From IMG/VR virus record IMGVR_UViG_3300036803_000075, positions 43,725-107,724 of that record: a stretch of 64,000 nucleotides of DNA; one strand, 5' to 3'. The stretch is from a virus (lineage: Duplodnaviria; Caudoviricetes). Below, piece after piece: positions 33,182 through 42,922 of the stretch (position 1 is its first letter; each line of letters opens with the position of its first letter). The notes beneath the pieces were generated by a model, which was not told where the DNA came from, did no database searches, and saw only the letters and a list, made by a program, of their open reading frames with translations. Position numbers and translations under genes: made by a program.

Positions 33182-34246
33182 TCAGCTCGCCGTGGCGGTA
33201 AAGCGCAGCCGCAGCGCGGTGTAGTCCGTAATGGACGCACACTGTGGGTCGGTCAGGGTGTGGGTGTAAAGCGTTCCCAGGCCTCCGCTCAGGGCCGGAA
33301 TCGTCGTCTCCGTCCAGGTCGCTCGAACGGTGGTGTTTTCCATCAGGTCGACCACCACCGTCGAGGTGGTGGCACCACCGGCCGTGGAAAGTACGTACTG
33401 AACCTGATAGCCGGTGTGGTTGGTCGGACCCGGGTCCGCCACCGTACTCAGGCCCACATTCAGGACCGAGCTGGTGGGCGCCGAGCCGGACTGGATGTAG
33501 GTGCTGTCATCCCGCGAGGACTCGCCGATATCCAGTGCCGCCGGACTCACCACTGGGACCGGAGTCCAGCCCGACGTGGCGACATCCGTATTCGGACGGG
33601 CGTACTGGCGCAGCACCTTGGGGGAAAGCGCCACCGTGTACATCACGGCCTGCGACGAGGTGTCCGTGGTCGTATAGGCGTGGTTTCCGTACGTACCGGT
33701 GACCTGATCGGCACCTATCCCCGCGATGACCGCCGAAGCCGCACCAGTCCCCGTGCCATAGGTGTCCACTCGCTTCGTCACCGCTCCTGGAACCGTCCAG
33801 GCGGTGTTGGTGGAACCCTTTTCGGTCAGCAGCTCGACAATCCAGCAGTTGTCCTGGGTCGTGGCCACATTGGGAGTGGTGTGCGTCGTTCCGGATACCG
33901 TCTCAGACACCTTGCTGAAGGCGTTGACAGCCTCGTTCAGGTCAGTCCCGGAATAGGCCACCATGACGATGCTGGACTTGATGTTGGTGGACCAGGTCAG
34001 GGTGATAGTGGCACCCGCGTCAGCGGACGTGGCGATCTTCTTGAGCAGGCCATGGTTGGACGAGGACAGCGTGGTGGCCGATACCAACGTCCAGCCGCTT
34101 GGGGCGGTAATCGCATCCGTGGGGGTGCCATTGTTGGCGATCACCATCAGAAGGGCATCCCCCTGCACGATGGTGGACGGAAGCACTATCGAGACGGGCG
34201 TGCCGCTCGACGAAACCGCTGCCGAGTCACGAAAGGCAATAGCCAC
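33182..34246 (-). CDS. Virion-associated beta-rich protein
   Basis: Thr/Ser-rich; MAIAFR..GDALL..APSGWT pattern seen in actinophage minor structural proteins. Confidence 0.6.
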   Translation of the reverse strand: MAIAFRDSAAVSSSGTPVSIVLPSTIVQGDALLMVIANNGTPTDAITAPSGWTLVSATTLSSSNHGLLKKIATSADAGATITLTWSTNIKSSIVMVAYSGTDLNEAVNAFSKVSETVSGTTHTTPNVATTQDNCWIVELLTEKGSTNTAWTVPGAVTKRVDTYGTGTGAASAVIAGIGADQVTGTYGNHAYTTTDTSSQAVMYTVALSPKVLRQYARPNTDVATSGWTPVPVVSPAALDIGESSRDDSTYIQSGSAPTSSVLNVGLSTVADPGPTNHTGYQVQYVLSTAGGATTSTVVVDLMENTTVRATWTETTIPALSGGLGTLYTHTLTDPQCASITDYTALRLRFTATAS

Positions 34247-34255
34247 TAGGCACTC

Positions 34256-35179
34256 CTATCCTTGATACAAAGCGGCCAGAGCCGCGAACTTGGCCACCGT
34301 GTTGGCGTACGGCCGAAGCCACCAGCCTCCATCAGGGTCACCGACATCGGAATCAAAATAAGCCTGGAAGACCGCATGGTTGGTGTTGCCGTAATCCGCC
34401 GCCGCTTGCAACCAGTTGGCGCGCCGCAACGGTTGGGTAGGGTCTTCATGGCAGCCGTACTCAGCGATCGCCCACTGGACGTTCTTCGCTTGAGCAAAAG
34501 CCAGTAGCGGCGCTGCTAGTACGGGGAACTCAGTCCAGGGCTTTCCGTTGGTGGGACTCCAGAAGTTGTACGTGTCCGGGGCGAAGACATCTACGACGTT
34601 GCCGACCGGCCACATGTCATTGGCGGTAAATCCGTACGTAGCAATGGCCTGAGGATTAAAAATGTAGTCCACCAGACACAGGTACGTACGAACGTTCGGC
34701 CGCTTCGCTGACTTGACGACCTGGCAAAACCTCGTAAAGGCGGCCTTCCAGTCCGACAACGTGTACAAGCCCTGTCGGATCTTCGAGTCAGGCTCGTGAT
34801 AGAGCGTGATGTACATGGTGTGGTCGAGTGGTACCGAATAAACAAAACTCAGGATGGCCGTGTCCATCGACCCGGCGGCCAGCCCCGCCATGTCTGCGGG
34901 ATGCGCTGAATAGACAGACGTTCGGTGACCGTAATCCCACGCCGCTGCTGAGGAGTTGAAGTCCGCCGGCAGCTCGGTGTCGTACGAACGTCGTACCGCT
35001 AGCGGACCCACCGCTGTTTCCAAATCAGCCCAGGACTGCTGGTACGTCTGCCCGATCGGTGGCGTATTGGCAGCGCCAATAGCCATGGGCAGCACAGGAG
35101 GCGGGACGATGGGGCGCTCTGGAGCGAATTCGAATTCCACCCACGTCCCATTCCTGGCGTACAGCAGCTCGACCGGCAT
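34256..35179 (-). CDS. GH26-like (clan GH-A) glycoside hydrolase
   Basis: ITLYHEPD (acid/base), WP..VVDVFAPDTYN and WAIAEYG (nucleophile); ATG at 35179 coupled to the upstream TGA. Confidence 0.72.
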   Translation of the reverse strand: MPVELLYARNGTWVEFEFAPERPIVPPPVLPMAIGAANTPPIGQTYQQSWADLETAVGPLAVRRSYDTELPADFNSSAAAWDYGHRTSVYSAHPADMAGLAAGSMDTAILSFVYSVPLDHTMYITLYHEPDSKIRQGLYTLSDWKAAFTRFCQVVKSAKRPNVRTYLCLVDYIFNPQAIATYGFTANDMWPVGNVVDVFAPDTYNFWSPTNGKPWTEFPVLAAPLLAFAQAKNVQWAIAEYGCHEDPTQPLRRANWLQAAADYGNTNHAVFQAYFDSDVGDPDGGWWLRPYANTVAKFAALAALYQG

Positions 35180-36924
35180 CAGGGAGTCTTCCTCCAGAAG
35201 TCCAGTCCATCGGTAGCGCCAATGCCACCGATCAACGGGGCCACGGGGCCGACCCACATCACTGGGGTCGCCAGGACGGGCCGGGCCGGGTAGGAGGAGC
35301 TGCCGGTGTCGTAGTAGATCACGGGCTCACTTGCGATGGAGGCCCACCGCAGACCCGTGCCCTGGGCGGAGTCCGCGATCAGGAACTGGCCGTCCGTACC
35401 GACCGGCACCCGGGCGGGAGTCGAGGTGCCAGAGGCACCAATCAGGTCGCCCTTGGTGGTGGTGAGCGTCTTTGGGACGTACTTGGTAGCGGCATCTGAC
35501 GCTGCCGCCGTAGTGGCGTTGGACTGAGCGGTGTTCGCCTTGGTGGTGGCGTCTGTCGCCGCCGCCGCGATGGCCGCCGCCTGGGCCGCTGTGGCTGCTC
35601 CTGACGCGTCATAAGGCAGCGTCGGGATCTGGACGGTGGGTACCTTCGAGCCACTGTCGAGCGTGGCAAGACCACTGGCGGCGCCCTTCTGGGTAAGGGG
35701 CAGATACTTCGTCGCGGCGTCCGCGATAGCCGCTGCCTGGGCGGCTGCCGCCGAGCCGGTGCCGTCGTACGGGAGGCTCGGAATCTGGGCGGTGGGGACC
35801 TTGGTGCTGCCATCCAGCGACGCGATGCCGGAGGCCGCACCCTTCTGGGTGGTCGGGATGTACTTGGTGGCCGCATCGGCGATAGCAGCCGCCTGGGCGG
35901 TCGTGGCCTTGGTCTGGGCACCCGTAGGTGTCTCAGCCCCTATGGAGGCCGGAGAGACCGGATCAGCGCCGGCAGAGGCATGCTGAGCGGCGTGGGTCTT
36001 GGCCGCGTAGACCCCAGAGAGCACCACCACGCCGGTCTGGCCGTCTACCGACAGCACCGAGCCCGATCCGGAGCCGGCGATCTCTAGCCAGTTGCCCAAG
36101 GTCGAGGCCGGGTCACTCTGCAGGATGTAGCTCTTGGACTGGTCGGTCCGGATGGCGATGTCCCCGCGCTGGGCGGTGAGCGCCAGCATGGCCGCCTGGC
36201 TGGACACCACAAAGGTGTCCTTGATCGCCAGCGGGGGCAGCTGGGAGTTGGGGATCAGCCCGTTGGAGTCCAGGGTGGCGACCCCGCTGGGCGCACCCTT
36301 CTGAGTCACCGGAATCGAGGCGGCCTTGGCCGCGTTGGCCTTGTTGGTCGCATCCGTAGCCGACGCGGCGATAGCTGCTGCCTGGGCGGCGTTGGCCGCC
36401 GTCACAGCTGCTCCGACAGCGTCGTAAAGGCTACTCAGACTAGGGATGTTGCTGGCCTGGAGAGTCGCCACCAGCCTGGGCTTGCCGGCGGTGGCATCCC
36501 ACACCATGACGGTGCCGTCATTACGCGGCGCGTTGGGCATGTGGATGACATCGGTGGAGTAGCCGGAGTCGTACAGGGCCTGCAGGATCGGCCCGAACTC
36601 GGCTTCCAGCGGATAGGTCACGGTGGCGCCGAACGGCTTGCCGTACAGCCGTTTGATGCCCACCGCGCCGTAGAACTCAGGGATCAGGCCGTCCGTACCG
36701 ACCAGCACCGTGGAGTCGACCAGGATGGTGCCGTCAGCCAGGTGCAGATCCGGAGCCAGCGTGGTAGCCGCCTGGTCCGAGTAGATCACAATCGGCACCT
36801 GAGGGGGCATCAGGATCGGGTCACCCGCGCGGCTGTAGTAGAACGTCAGCCGATCTTGCGGGAACAGAAACCTCCCCACGGGATCCCAGCCCGGTGGTGC
36901 GTCCTGCATGATCGGTACGGGCAT
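35179..36924 (-). CDS. Fibre protein with Ala-rich repeats
   Basis: Repeated TQKGAASG[IL]A[ST]LD..KVP..QIP and AAQAAAIADAATKY; TTKGDLI..RVPVGTDGQ. Confidence 0.75.
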   Translation of the reverse strand: MPVPIMQDAPPGWDPVGRFLFPQDRLTFYYSRAGDPILMPPQVPIVIYSDQAATTLAPDLHLADGTILVDSTVLVGTDGLIPEFYGAVGIKRLYGKPFGATVTYPLEAEFGPILQALYDSGYSTDVIHMPNAPRNDGTVMVWDATAGKPRLVATLQASNIPSLSSLYDAVGAAVTAANAAQAAAIAASATDATNKANAAKAASIPVTQKGAPSGVATLDSNGLIPNSQLPPLAIKDTFVVSSQAAMLALTAQRGDIAIRTDQSKSYILQSDPASTLGNWLEIAGSGSGSVLSVDGQTGVVVLSGVYAAKTHAAQHASAGADPVSPASIGAETPTGAQTKATTAQAAAIADAATKYIPTTQKGAASGIASLDGSTKVPTAQIPSLPYDGTGSAAAAQAAAIADAATKYLPLTQKGAASGLATLDSGSKVPTVQIPTLPYDASGAATAAQAAAIAAAATDATTKANTAQSNATTAAASDAATKYVPKTLTTTKGDLIGASGTSTPARVPVGTDGQFLIADSAQGTGLRWASIASEPVIYYDTGSSSYPARPVLATPVMWVGPVAPLIGGIGATDGLDFWRKTP

Positions 36925-36935
36925 GAGCGGACCTC

Positions 36936-36972
36936 CTCTACCTCTTCGTCGTTCTCTGAGAGGCGCGGGCAG
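36936..36972 (-). promoter_or_regulatory. Putative late promoter copy (CTGCCC-N19-GAAGAGGTAGAG)
   Basis: Bipartite motif; intergenic. Confidence 0.62.
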
Positions 36973-37035
36973 GAGGCCGGAGCTGGGACGACAGAACGAC
37001 GAAGCCTCGGATTAGGTCACTTGGAGCGGTTCGCC

Positions 37036-37245
37036 CTACGGAGTAGGCGGTACGTAATGAGGCTGCCAAGCCTCAATGATCAAGTAAGGCGCATGGGTGT
37101 CTTCGGGAGCGCCACTGGTGTTGTTCTGGATAGCGGACCAAGCCGCTTCTTCGAAGGTATCGAACACGGAGCCACTGGCGAACATGTTGTTGCGCGAAGT
37201 GACGATCCAAACTTTCTTCATCTCGAACTTCGGCTGCTCTTCCAT
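37036..37245 (-). CDS. Small hypothetical protein
   Basis: ATG at 37245 overlaps the upstream TAA. Confidence 0.45.
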   Translation of the reverse strand: MEEQPKFEMKKVWIVTSRNNMFASGSVFDTFEEAAWSAIQNNTSGAPEDTHAPYLIIEAWQPHYVPPTP

Positions 37246-37922
37246 TAGTTCATACCTACCCAGTAATTGAGCGGACCTGTGGTGACGCTCGCCATGGTGA
37301 TCGAAGTGGGAAGAGAAGTCTGGCCGGTCAGAATGCTGCCACATCTAAAGTTGGCCGACGCGGCGGTGCCGCCCACGTTGTAAACCGGGCTAGAGCCAAA
37401 GGTGCCACCACTACGCGAAAAGGTGGGAACCGTCGTAGCCCCTCCTACGACAATGCCGATGTAATAACGACCTGGTGTGATGGCATATGTGGAAGAGAGT
37501 GGAAGTGTACTAAGGCCAATGCTTTGCCAGGGGGTCGAGACATTGTTGGTCACGGCCAGTCTAGTGCCAGCTGTGCTGTAGATACCGGCGAAAGAGTTAG
37601 TCAAGCCAGCGGGGGTGGTCTGGCTGTTCAGCGCCGTATACAAATTGGTGACTGTAGCAGCGACCGGCACGACTATCGCCATAAGGTAGACGACGCCAGC
37701 AGTAATGGCGTTCGTGGTGTTGTTGAAGACAATTAGAGGGTCATGTGTCCAAGCTATGAGCCCTTGATCTCCTGGTTGGAATTGACCTGCCTGGCCGGAG
37801 GCTACAACAAGTTCGGTGCCATCCTGGTCCTTGGTGTAAATCCGACGGTCCGTCTTGGCGTAGAGGTCCACGTAGCCAGCAGACGGAGTGCTGGGGGTAG
37901 ACATCTGAGGCAGGACCGGCAT
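37245..37922 (-). CDS. Virion protein (start MPVLPQ at 37922)
   Basis: GAGGAGG RBS; STPSAGYVDLYAK motif; beta-rich. Confidence 0.6.
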   Translation of the reverse strand: MPVLPQMSTPSTPSAGYVDLYAKTDRRIYTKDQDGTELVVASGQAGQFQPGDQGLIAWTHDPLIVFNNTTNAITAGVVYLMAIVVPVAATVTNLYTALNSQTTPAGLTNSFAGIYSTAGTRLAVTNNVSTPWQSIGLSTLPLSSTYAITPGRYYIGIVVGGATTVPTFSRSGGTFGSSPVYNVGGTAASANFRCGSILTGQTSLPTSITMASVTTGPLNYWVGMN

Positions 37923-38086
37923 TACCCCTCCTCGGCGCTCTTGAGCTGAGACAGCTCGGCGGTCAGCTTGGCGATGGTCTGCTCGTACTGGATCACCTGG
38001 GCCATAAGCAGGACGCGATCGTCCATCAGGCGCGCCAGCTCCTGCTTCTGGGCCATGACGATGGCCGCCTGTTCCAGGTCGATCAT
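37922..38086 (-). CDS. Small coiled-coil protein, 54 aa (not in the ORF track)
   Basis: MIDLEQAAIVMAQKQELARL...LSQLKSAEEG*; coupled at both ends. Confidence 0.5.
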   Translation of the reverse strand: MIDLEQAAIVMAQKQELARLMDDRVLLMAQVIQYEQTIAKLTAELSQLKSAEEG

Positions 38087-39576
38087 CCCACCACACAGAC
38101 CCTGATGGCGTTGGTAGTCGGAGCCGTGGCAAAGCTCAAGGTGACGTTGTTGGCGTCGGTAGCAACGGGGTTAGCCAGGATCTGTTCATTGGAGGTGTTG
38201 TCGTAGACGAACACTCCCGGCGCCGTGTTGTTCAGCGCATGGTTGACCGTGATGGTGGTCAAGCTGCCATTGCCGAAGTTGGTCGGTCCGTACACACCCG
38301 CCGCGACCAGGGCTGTGCGTGCGCCTGCGGCTGTCGTAGCGCCCGTACCGCCCTTATTCAGGGCAACGGTGGTGGCGGACCAGGTGCCGGTAGCGATCGT
38401 GCCCAGGGTTGTGATGGAAGTCTGGCCGACGTACGCGGCGTCGATATCGATCCCCGAGCCCGAGACCGCGATCCTGCTGGCCGTACCCACGGCCGACATG
38501 ACCGAGCCGACCTTCTGAAGACCGTTGCCAGCCGTCACGGTGGCCGAGGAGCTGAACTGCGAGAAAACCAATGCGGTACCTGAGGAACCACCGATGGTGA
38601 TGCTGTTGTTGGTGCTCAATACCCAACCGGTGTCGGCGTTGACGGTACCCTCTTCGATGAACATAAAGGCGCCGCCGGTCACCTCGGAGTCAGCGTCAAA
38701 GTCCGTCGCCCGATCCCACACACCATTGGCGCCTGTACCCAACGTGGTGACTACATAGATGCCATTCTGGGCGCCCGCAGTCTGGTCCTTGAGCAGGATC
38801 CTGTTGCCCTGGACCAAGGTGACGCTGTCGAGGGAGTTGGGGGCGGCAGTAATCTGACCTCGAGCTGACGTACCGCCGGTCGCGGTATAGGTCACCGAAA
38901 CGTTGGCCGTGCTCGCCAGCCGTACCGAGGCCTTCACGTCCAGGCCGGCGGCCAGGTTGTCGACGTAGTTCTTAGTGGCCAGGTGGGTCGACTGAGTCGG
39001 GTCAGACGCGGTGATCGGACTGGTCGCGGCGGCGAACTGATCGAGCCTGTAGGCCTGCACGACCGAAGACAGGTCCGAGATCGTCGAGGCCGTCTGCGTG
39101 CTGGTGTGATTCGCCCGGCTCAGGTAATAGCTCGCCGCCTGGCTGTTCAGGTTCGTGGCATTAGAGGCCGTACCTGTCAGCGATGCGGTAATCACGCCCG
39201 CAGCGAAGTTGCCGCTGCCGTCTCGCTTCACAATGGTACTGGCGGTATTGGTATCGATAGCAGCGTGCAACGTGGTGTAGTCGGCCGCGCTCATCGTTCC
39301 GGGCACCGAGCCGCTGGAGGCCGCGATAGAGATGGCCTGAGACTTGCTGGTGACACTGCCGACTGAGATGGCTCCCACCCCGGACACTGACTCCAGAATG
39401 GTGGTCAGAGAGTCCGCTGCGGTGCCATTCCACGTCTTGGCTGTGCCGCTCGTGGTGTTGAACCATGTGAGCCCTTTGTCGGTGCTCCCCAGCCCTCCTG
39501 GATCTGATGCCAGGTTCTGTAACTTTGCGTTCTGCAGCTCGGTCTTGCGAAAGTCGATGGGGTTACTGAGCCACAT
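38083..39576 (-). CDS. Fibre/decoration-type virion protein
   Basis: ATKNYVD..GLDVKASVR..RILLKDQT..QNGIYVV..WDRATD motif, common in phage fibres. Confidence 0.7.
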   Translation of the reverse strand: MWLSNPIDFRKTELQNAKLQNLASDPGGLGSTDKGLTWFNTTSGTAKTWNGTAADSLTTILESVSGVGAISVGSVTSKSQAISIAASSGSVPGTMSAADYTTLHAAIDTNTASTIVKRDGSGNFAAGVITASLTGTASNATNLNSQAASYYLSRANHTSTQTASTISDLSSVVQAYRLDQFAAATSPITASDPTQSTHLATKNYVDNLAAGLDVKASVRLASTANVSVTYTATGGTSARGQITAAPNSLDSVTLVQGNRILLKDQTAGAQNGIYVVTTLGTGANGVWDRATDFDADSEVTGGAFMFIEEGTVNADTGWVLSTNNSITIGGSSGTALVFSQFSSSATVTAGNGLQKVGSVMSAVGTASRIAVSGSGIDIDAAYVGQTSITTLGTIATGTWSATTVALNKGGTGATTAAGARTALVAAGVYGPTNFGNGSLTTITVNHALNNTAPGVFVYDNTSNEQILANPVATDANNVTLSFATAPTTNAIRVCVVG

Positions 39577-39585
39577 GTGCACTCC

Positions 39586-40110
39586 TCATGACAGGTACGC
39601 CTTGCCTGAGAATGCAAGACCGAATTGAAGGGTAAGAGTGTTGTCGTCGACATAGTCAATCGTGGGAGCGAACACCTGCGTGCCAGCGGTATCTAGCACC
39701 GTGACTCCGCCGGGCATGAACCCCAGGTTATGGATGATGGTCCAGGTAGCCGCGTCGGTGTTTTGGGCAAACACAAAATACCCGGGCCGACCGACCGCGC
39801 CCTCTAGGACATCCAGTCGTTGGGCGGCCTCCGCGTAGACCGCATAGCCGCCGGCCGCTCCGGGAGACTTAACGTACAGAGTGGAGGTCCCGTCGGCTGG
39901 CCCCAAGAACTCCGGAAGCAGGCCGTCGGAGTCGATATGAATGATGGAGCCGGCGAGCGCGACGTTGTTCAAACCGGTGATATTCGCCAGCTGCGTGCAG
40001 TTGGCGTCCAGGTAGACAGTCAAGGCCACCGGGCCTGGCATCAACAGAGGCTGACCTGGCCCGGCATACACGTACGCCGAGCGATCGTCTGGAAACTTTA
40101 GCCTAGCCAT
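39586..40110 (-). CDS. Virion protein sharing an N-terminal module with 35179-36924
   Basis: FPxDR..GL[LI]PEF.G shared module; WTIIHNLGFMP C-terminal module. Confidence 0.6.
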   Translation of the reverse strand: MARLKFPDDRSAYVYAGPGQPLLMPGPVALTVYLDANCTQLANITGLNNVALAGSIIHIDSDGLLPEFLGPADGTSTLYVKSPGAAGGYAVYAEAAQRLDVLEGAVGRPGYFVFAQNTDAATWTIIHNLGFMPGGVTVLDTAGTQVFAPTIDYVDDNTLTLQFGLAFSGKAYLS

Positions 40111-40985
40111 TAGTAAAAACGTCCGTAGTAACGAGGTCGAGCAGCCATGTAGCCGACACGGGTCGGGCCGTACCGACCGAAGACGCCACCAGAAACCAGC
40201 ACACGTGGCCGGCCAAGACCCATATGGCGGATCTTGAAGACCTCGAATTCCTTCAGCAGCAGCGCTTCCTCGGACTGCAGCATCTGCCGCCAGCGGTCCA
40301 TGTAGTCACGTCGGTCCAACCGGGTGATCGTCCCACCCGTGATCACGTTCGGCTGTTCGGTATACGAGCGCACCAGATGCTTGAGGGCCTCAACATAGAG
40401 GCACATCTCCAGCAGCGCGCCCCATTGGGCGAAAGGAAACTCCGATCCGCCAACGCCATCAACGGTATAGCTCTGGAAGGGCTGGGCGGAGGTGTTCATC
40501 CGACCCACCGCGATCTTGAGCAGCTGCGCAAGCCGCCCACGGTCATAGTGGCTCTGGAAATAGGTTTGGAGGTTCGGGCCACCATGCGGTGAATCGAAGC
40601 AGTCGGCGAACCGAATCCAGACCGAGTCGACTACGTCCTTCATCTCCGGCGGCAGATTGTCGTACGGAGGAGTGACATCGCCGATGACGTAATACTGCTC
40701 GTATCGATCGGCCTGGGCGGCGATCGCGTACTGCCAGACGAGGGTGAAATTCCCGGTGTCCTGCAGATCCGCACCAGCGAGGGTGACTTGGTAGTCGCCC
40801 GTGTCGATCCGGACCGCCATCCGCTGGAATACCTGAACCGGTGGAATGGCCTCATTAAAAAATCCCACGTCCACCTGACTGGAGTCAGGATCCGTGAGCA
40901 CTCCGGCGGAATAAATCTTCAGGCCGATGATCTCCCGGCCGTACCGAGAGAGGTAGGCCCTGTTACGGAAGTCGATCTCGACCAT
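40110..40985 (-). CDS. Head-to-tail adaptor-like protein
   Basis: Synteny; helical C-terminal half. Confidence 0.5.
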   Translation of the reverse strand: MVEIDFRNRAYLSRYGREIIGLKIYSAGVLTDPDSSQVDVGFFNEAIPPVQVFQRMAVRIDTGDYQVTLAGADLQDTGNFTLVWQYAIAAQADRYEQYYVIGDVTPPYDNLPPEMKDVVDSVWIRFADCFDSPHGGPNLQTYFQSHYDRGRLAQLLKIAVGRMNTSAQPFQSYTVDGVGGSEFPFAQWGALLEMCLYVEALKHLVRSYTEQPNVITGGTITRLDRRDYMDRWRQMLQSEEALLLKEFEVFKIRHMGLGRPRVLVSGGVFGRYGPTRVGYMAARPRYYGRFY

Positions 40986-40997
40986 GGCCCTTCTTCT

Positions 40998-41627
40998 CTA
41001 CGTGCGGGCGAGGAAAGCCATCCCGCGAGCGGCTCCGACGAAGATGGAGTTTGGATAACCACTAACGGAAACTCGGGCGCCAACAGTATGGGTGCCAGCG
41101 GAGATGGGGGCTAGGGCAAAGATAGGAATTTCTCGGTGGTCGAAGTAGCCGGTGTTGTCACGGGAGACGAACTGAACGTACAGCTGGCCGGCCAGGCCGA
41201 CGGGAGCGTTGTCCACGATCACAGACACGGCACTCGCGCCGATGGTGTTATCCGCACAGGCGAGCCGAACAGCTCCGCTGATGAACAGATATCCCGGCTT
41301 GGGGGCGGTCAAGGTGATGAAGTTGTAGTTGGCGTTCGCGTTCGGGCTGAGCGTCGCGCCAATGTTCAAGCCGCCAGCCCACGACAGCGGAGTCTCGGTC
41401 AGCGGGTTGAAGGCCGTACCGCTCCAAATGTAAATGCTGCCGGTGTCGGTCTCCAAAATGGCCCGGCCCGCCTGCGATCCGGCCCAGGTCGGCCGTGACG
41501 AGGACGTGCACACGTGCATCCCGGGTGTGGCATCAAGCCTATTATTATTGTCGACGAAGTCTTGACGCTTGAACGGGTCGGACCCGTCGTTATTTTTCAG
41601 CCCCAGCCGGGGTGTGTACGTTGCCAC
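40998..41627 (-). CDS. Minor virion protein
   Basis: MATYTPRLGL..NNNRLD; CTSSSRP..GRAILETDTG..W motif. Confidence 0.6.
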   Translation of the reverse strand: MATYTPRLGLKNNDGSDPFKRQDFVDNNNRLDATPGMHVCTSSSRPTWAGSQAGRAILETDTGSIYIWSGTAFNPLTETPLSWAGGLNIGATLSPNANANYNFITLTAPKPGYLFISGAVRLACADNTIGASAVSVIVDNAPVGLAGQLYVQFVSRDNTGYFDHREIPIFALAPISAGTHTVGARVSVSGYPNSIFVGAARGMAFLART

Positions 41628-41644
41628 CTGGTTGCCCTCCCGTC

Positions 41645-41681
41645 CTCTACCCCTTCGCCGCCCTCAGCAGAACGGGGACAG
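41645..41681 (-). promoter_or_regulatory. Putative late promoter copy (CTGTCC-N19-GAAGGGGTAGAG)
   Basis: Bipartite motif; intergenic. Confidence 0.65.
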
Positions 41682-41706
41682 GGCAGCGGGACTACCACTC
41701 AAAGCG

Positions 41707-41741
41707 GTCAGCCCCAGCCTCACGAGGAGGCTGGGGCTGAC
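41707..41741. terminator. GC-rich hairpin, putative terminator
   Basis: GTCAGCCCCAGCCTC...GAGGCTGGGGCTGAC inverted repeat. Confidence 0.6.
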
Positions 41742-41799
41742 GTGACGCTCGGCCACACATTGGGCATCGCGAGTCTTGTGGAGCGCTACCGAGATCTTA

Positions 41800-42894
41800 C
41801 TAGGCCGGCGTAATGCTGTTGCTCGCGGCAGAGGTCACGGTTCCCCGAGCGTTGGTCGCGGTGACAGTGAACGTAACCGGCGTACCGGTCGTCAGACCAG
41901 TGACAACCGCCGTCAGAGTGGACCCCGAGACTGATGTCTGCTGGCCGGTCGAAGCCTTGGCCACATAGCCGGAGAACGGTGCCCCGAAGGTGGGAGCGGT
42001 CCAGGTGACCGTCGCCGACGTAGCGGACGCGATGGCCGCGACCGGTGTGCCGGGATTGGTGGCGTATCCGCCCGTACCCGCGACCACGGTGCCATCTGGC
42101 CGGTAGATCGGGTTCAGCCTGTTGTCCGTGGTGATGCCGGCCGGCTTGTTCACGTCGCTCTCATCTGGGTTCCACGGCGCCACCGTCGCGGACAGCGCCG
42201 AGAACACCCCGATGCCGTTGTAGTTCCGGGCCGCCACCTTGAACTTGTAAAGCTGGTTCGGCTTGAGGTTGTAGACCCGGACGCTCGTGTCCGCCGCTCC
42301 GGCGAAGGCCACACCGCCCGTGTCGCCCTCGATCCGATAGCCGAGCGTGGGGGCTCCAGAGACGGGCGTCGGAGCCACCCAGGTCACCACGACGTACCGA
42401 GGTCCAGCGGCCACCGTGGGGGTGGTCGGGGCCGGCGGGGTGTTGTGGTTGGCCGGAGCGGGATAGGCGCCGATCTGGTACGTCTCCGTGGTGCCCAGGA
42501 CGTTGACCGAGGTCGGTACCGGCGGCGTACCGGTGCCGCTGGAAACAGGCTGATCGGTGCGGGTGGTGTCAGCGGTCTGCGCCGGAGCCAGCAGAAGGTT
42601 GGCCGCCCGGTAGACCGGGTTGGCGTCCCGCAGCTGCGTCGCATACTGCGAGTCCCGGGTGCCGGTGACCGGCGGAGACAGGCTGTCCGGCTGATGGATG
42701 TTGTACGGAGTGTTGCCGTACGCGCCCTCGGTGTCCAGGTTGACACCCGGTGGAGTGGCGGGAGCGGCTGTGGTACTGCCGCCCGCGCCCGGCGTCTCGG
42801 TGTCGGCAGTACTGCCCCGACCAGCAGTACCCGAGGAAGCCGGCCCAGGCTGGCCGGTCGTCCCCGTAGTGTCGGTGGTTCCCGGTGTCGTCAT
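41800..42894 (-). CDS. Fibronectin type III domain protein (two FN3 domains; capsid decoration-like)
   Basis: VVVTWVAP..GYRI..NLKPNQLYKFKVAARN and ATVTWTAP..GLTTGTPVTFTVTATN. Confidence 0.78.
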   Translation of the reverse strand: MTTPGTTDTTGTTGQPGPASSGTAGRGSTADTETPGAGGSTTAAPATPPGVNLDTEGAYGNTPYNIHQPDSLSPPVTGTRDSQYATQLRDANPVYRAANLLLAPAQTADTTRTDQPVSSGTGTPPVPTSVNVLGTTETYQIGAYPAPANHNTPPAPTTPTVAAGPRYVVVTWVAPTPVSGAPTLGYRIEGDTGGVAFAGAADTSVRVYNLKPNQLYKFKVAARNYNGIGVFSALSATVAPWNPDESDVNKPAGITTDNRLNPIYRPDGTVVAGTGGYATNPGTPVAAIASATSATVTWTAPTFGAPFSGYVAKASTGQQTSVSGSTLTAVVTGLTTGTPVTFTVTATNARGTVTSAASNSITPA

Positions 42895-42922
42895 ATTGTG
42901 GCTCCCTCGGTTCTACTCTCGG

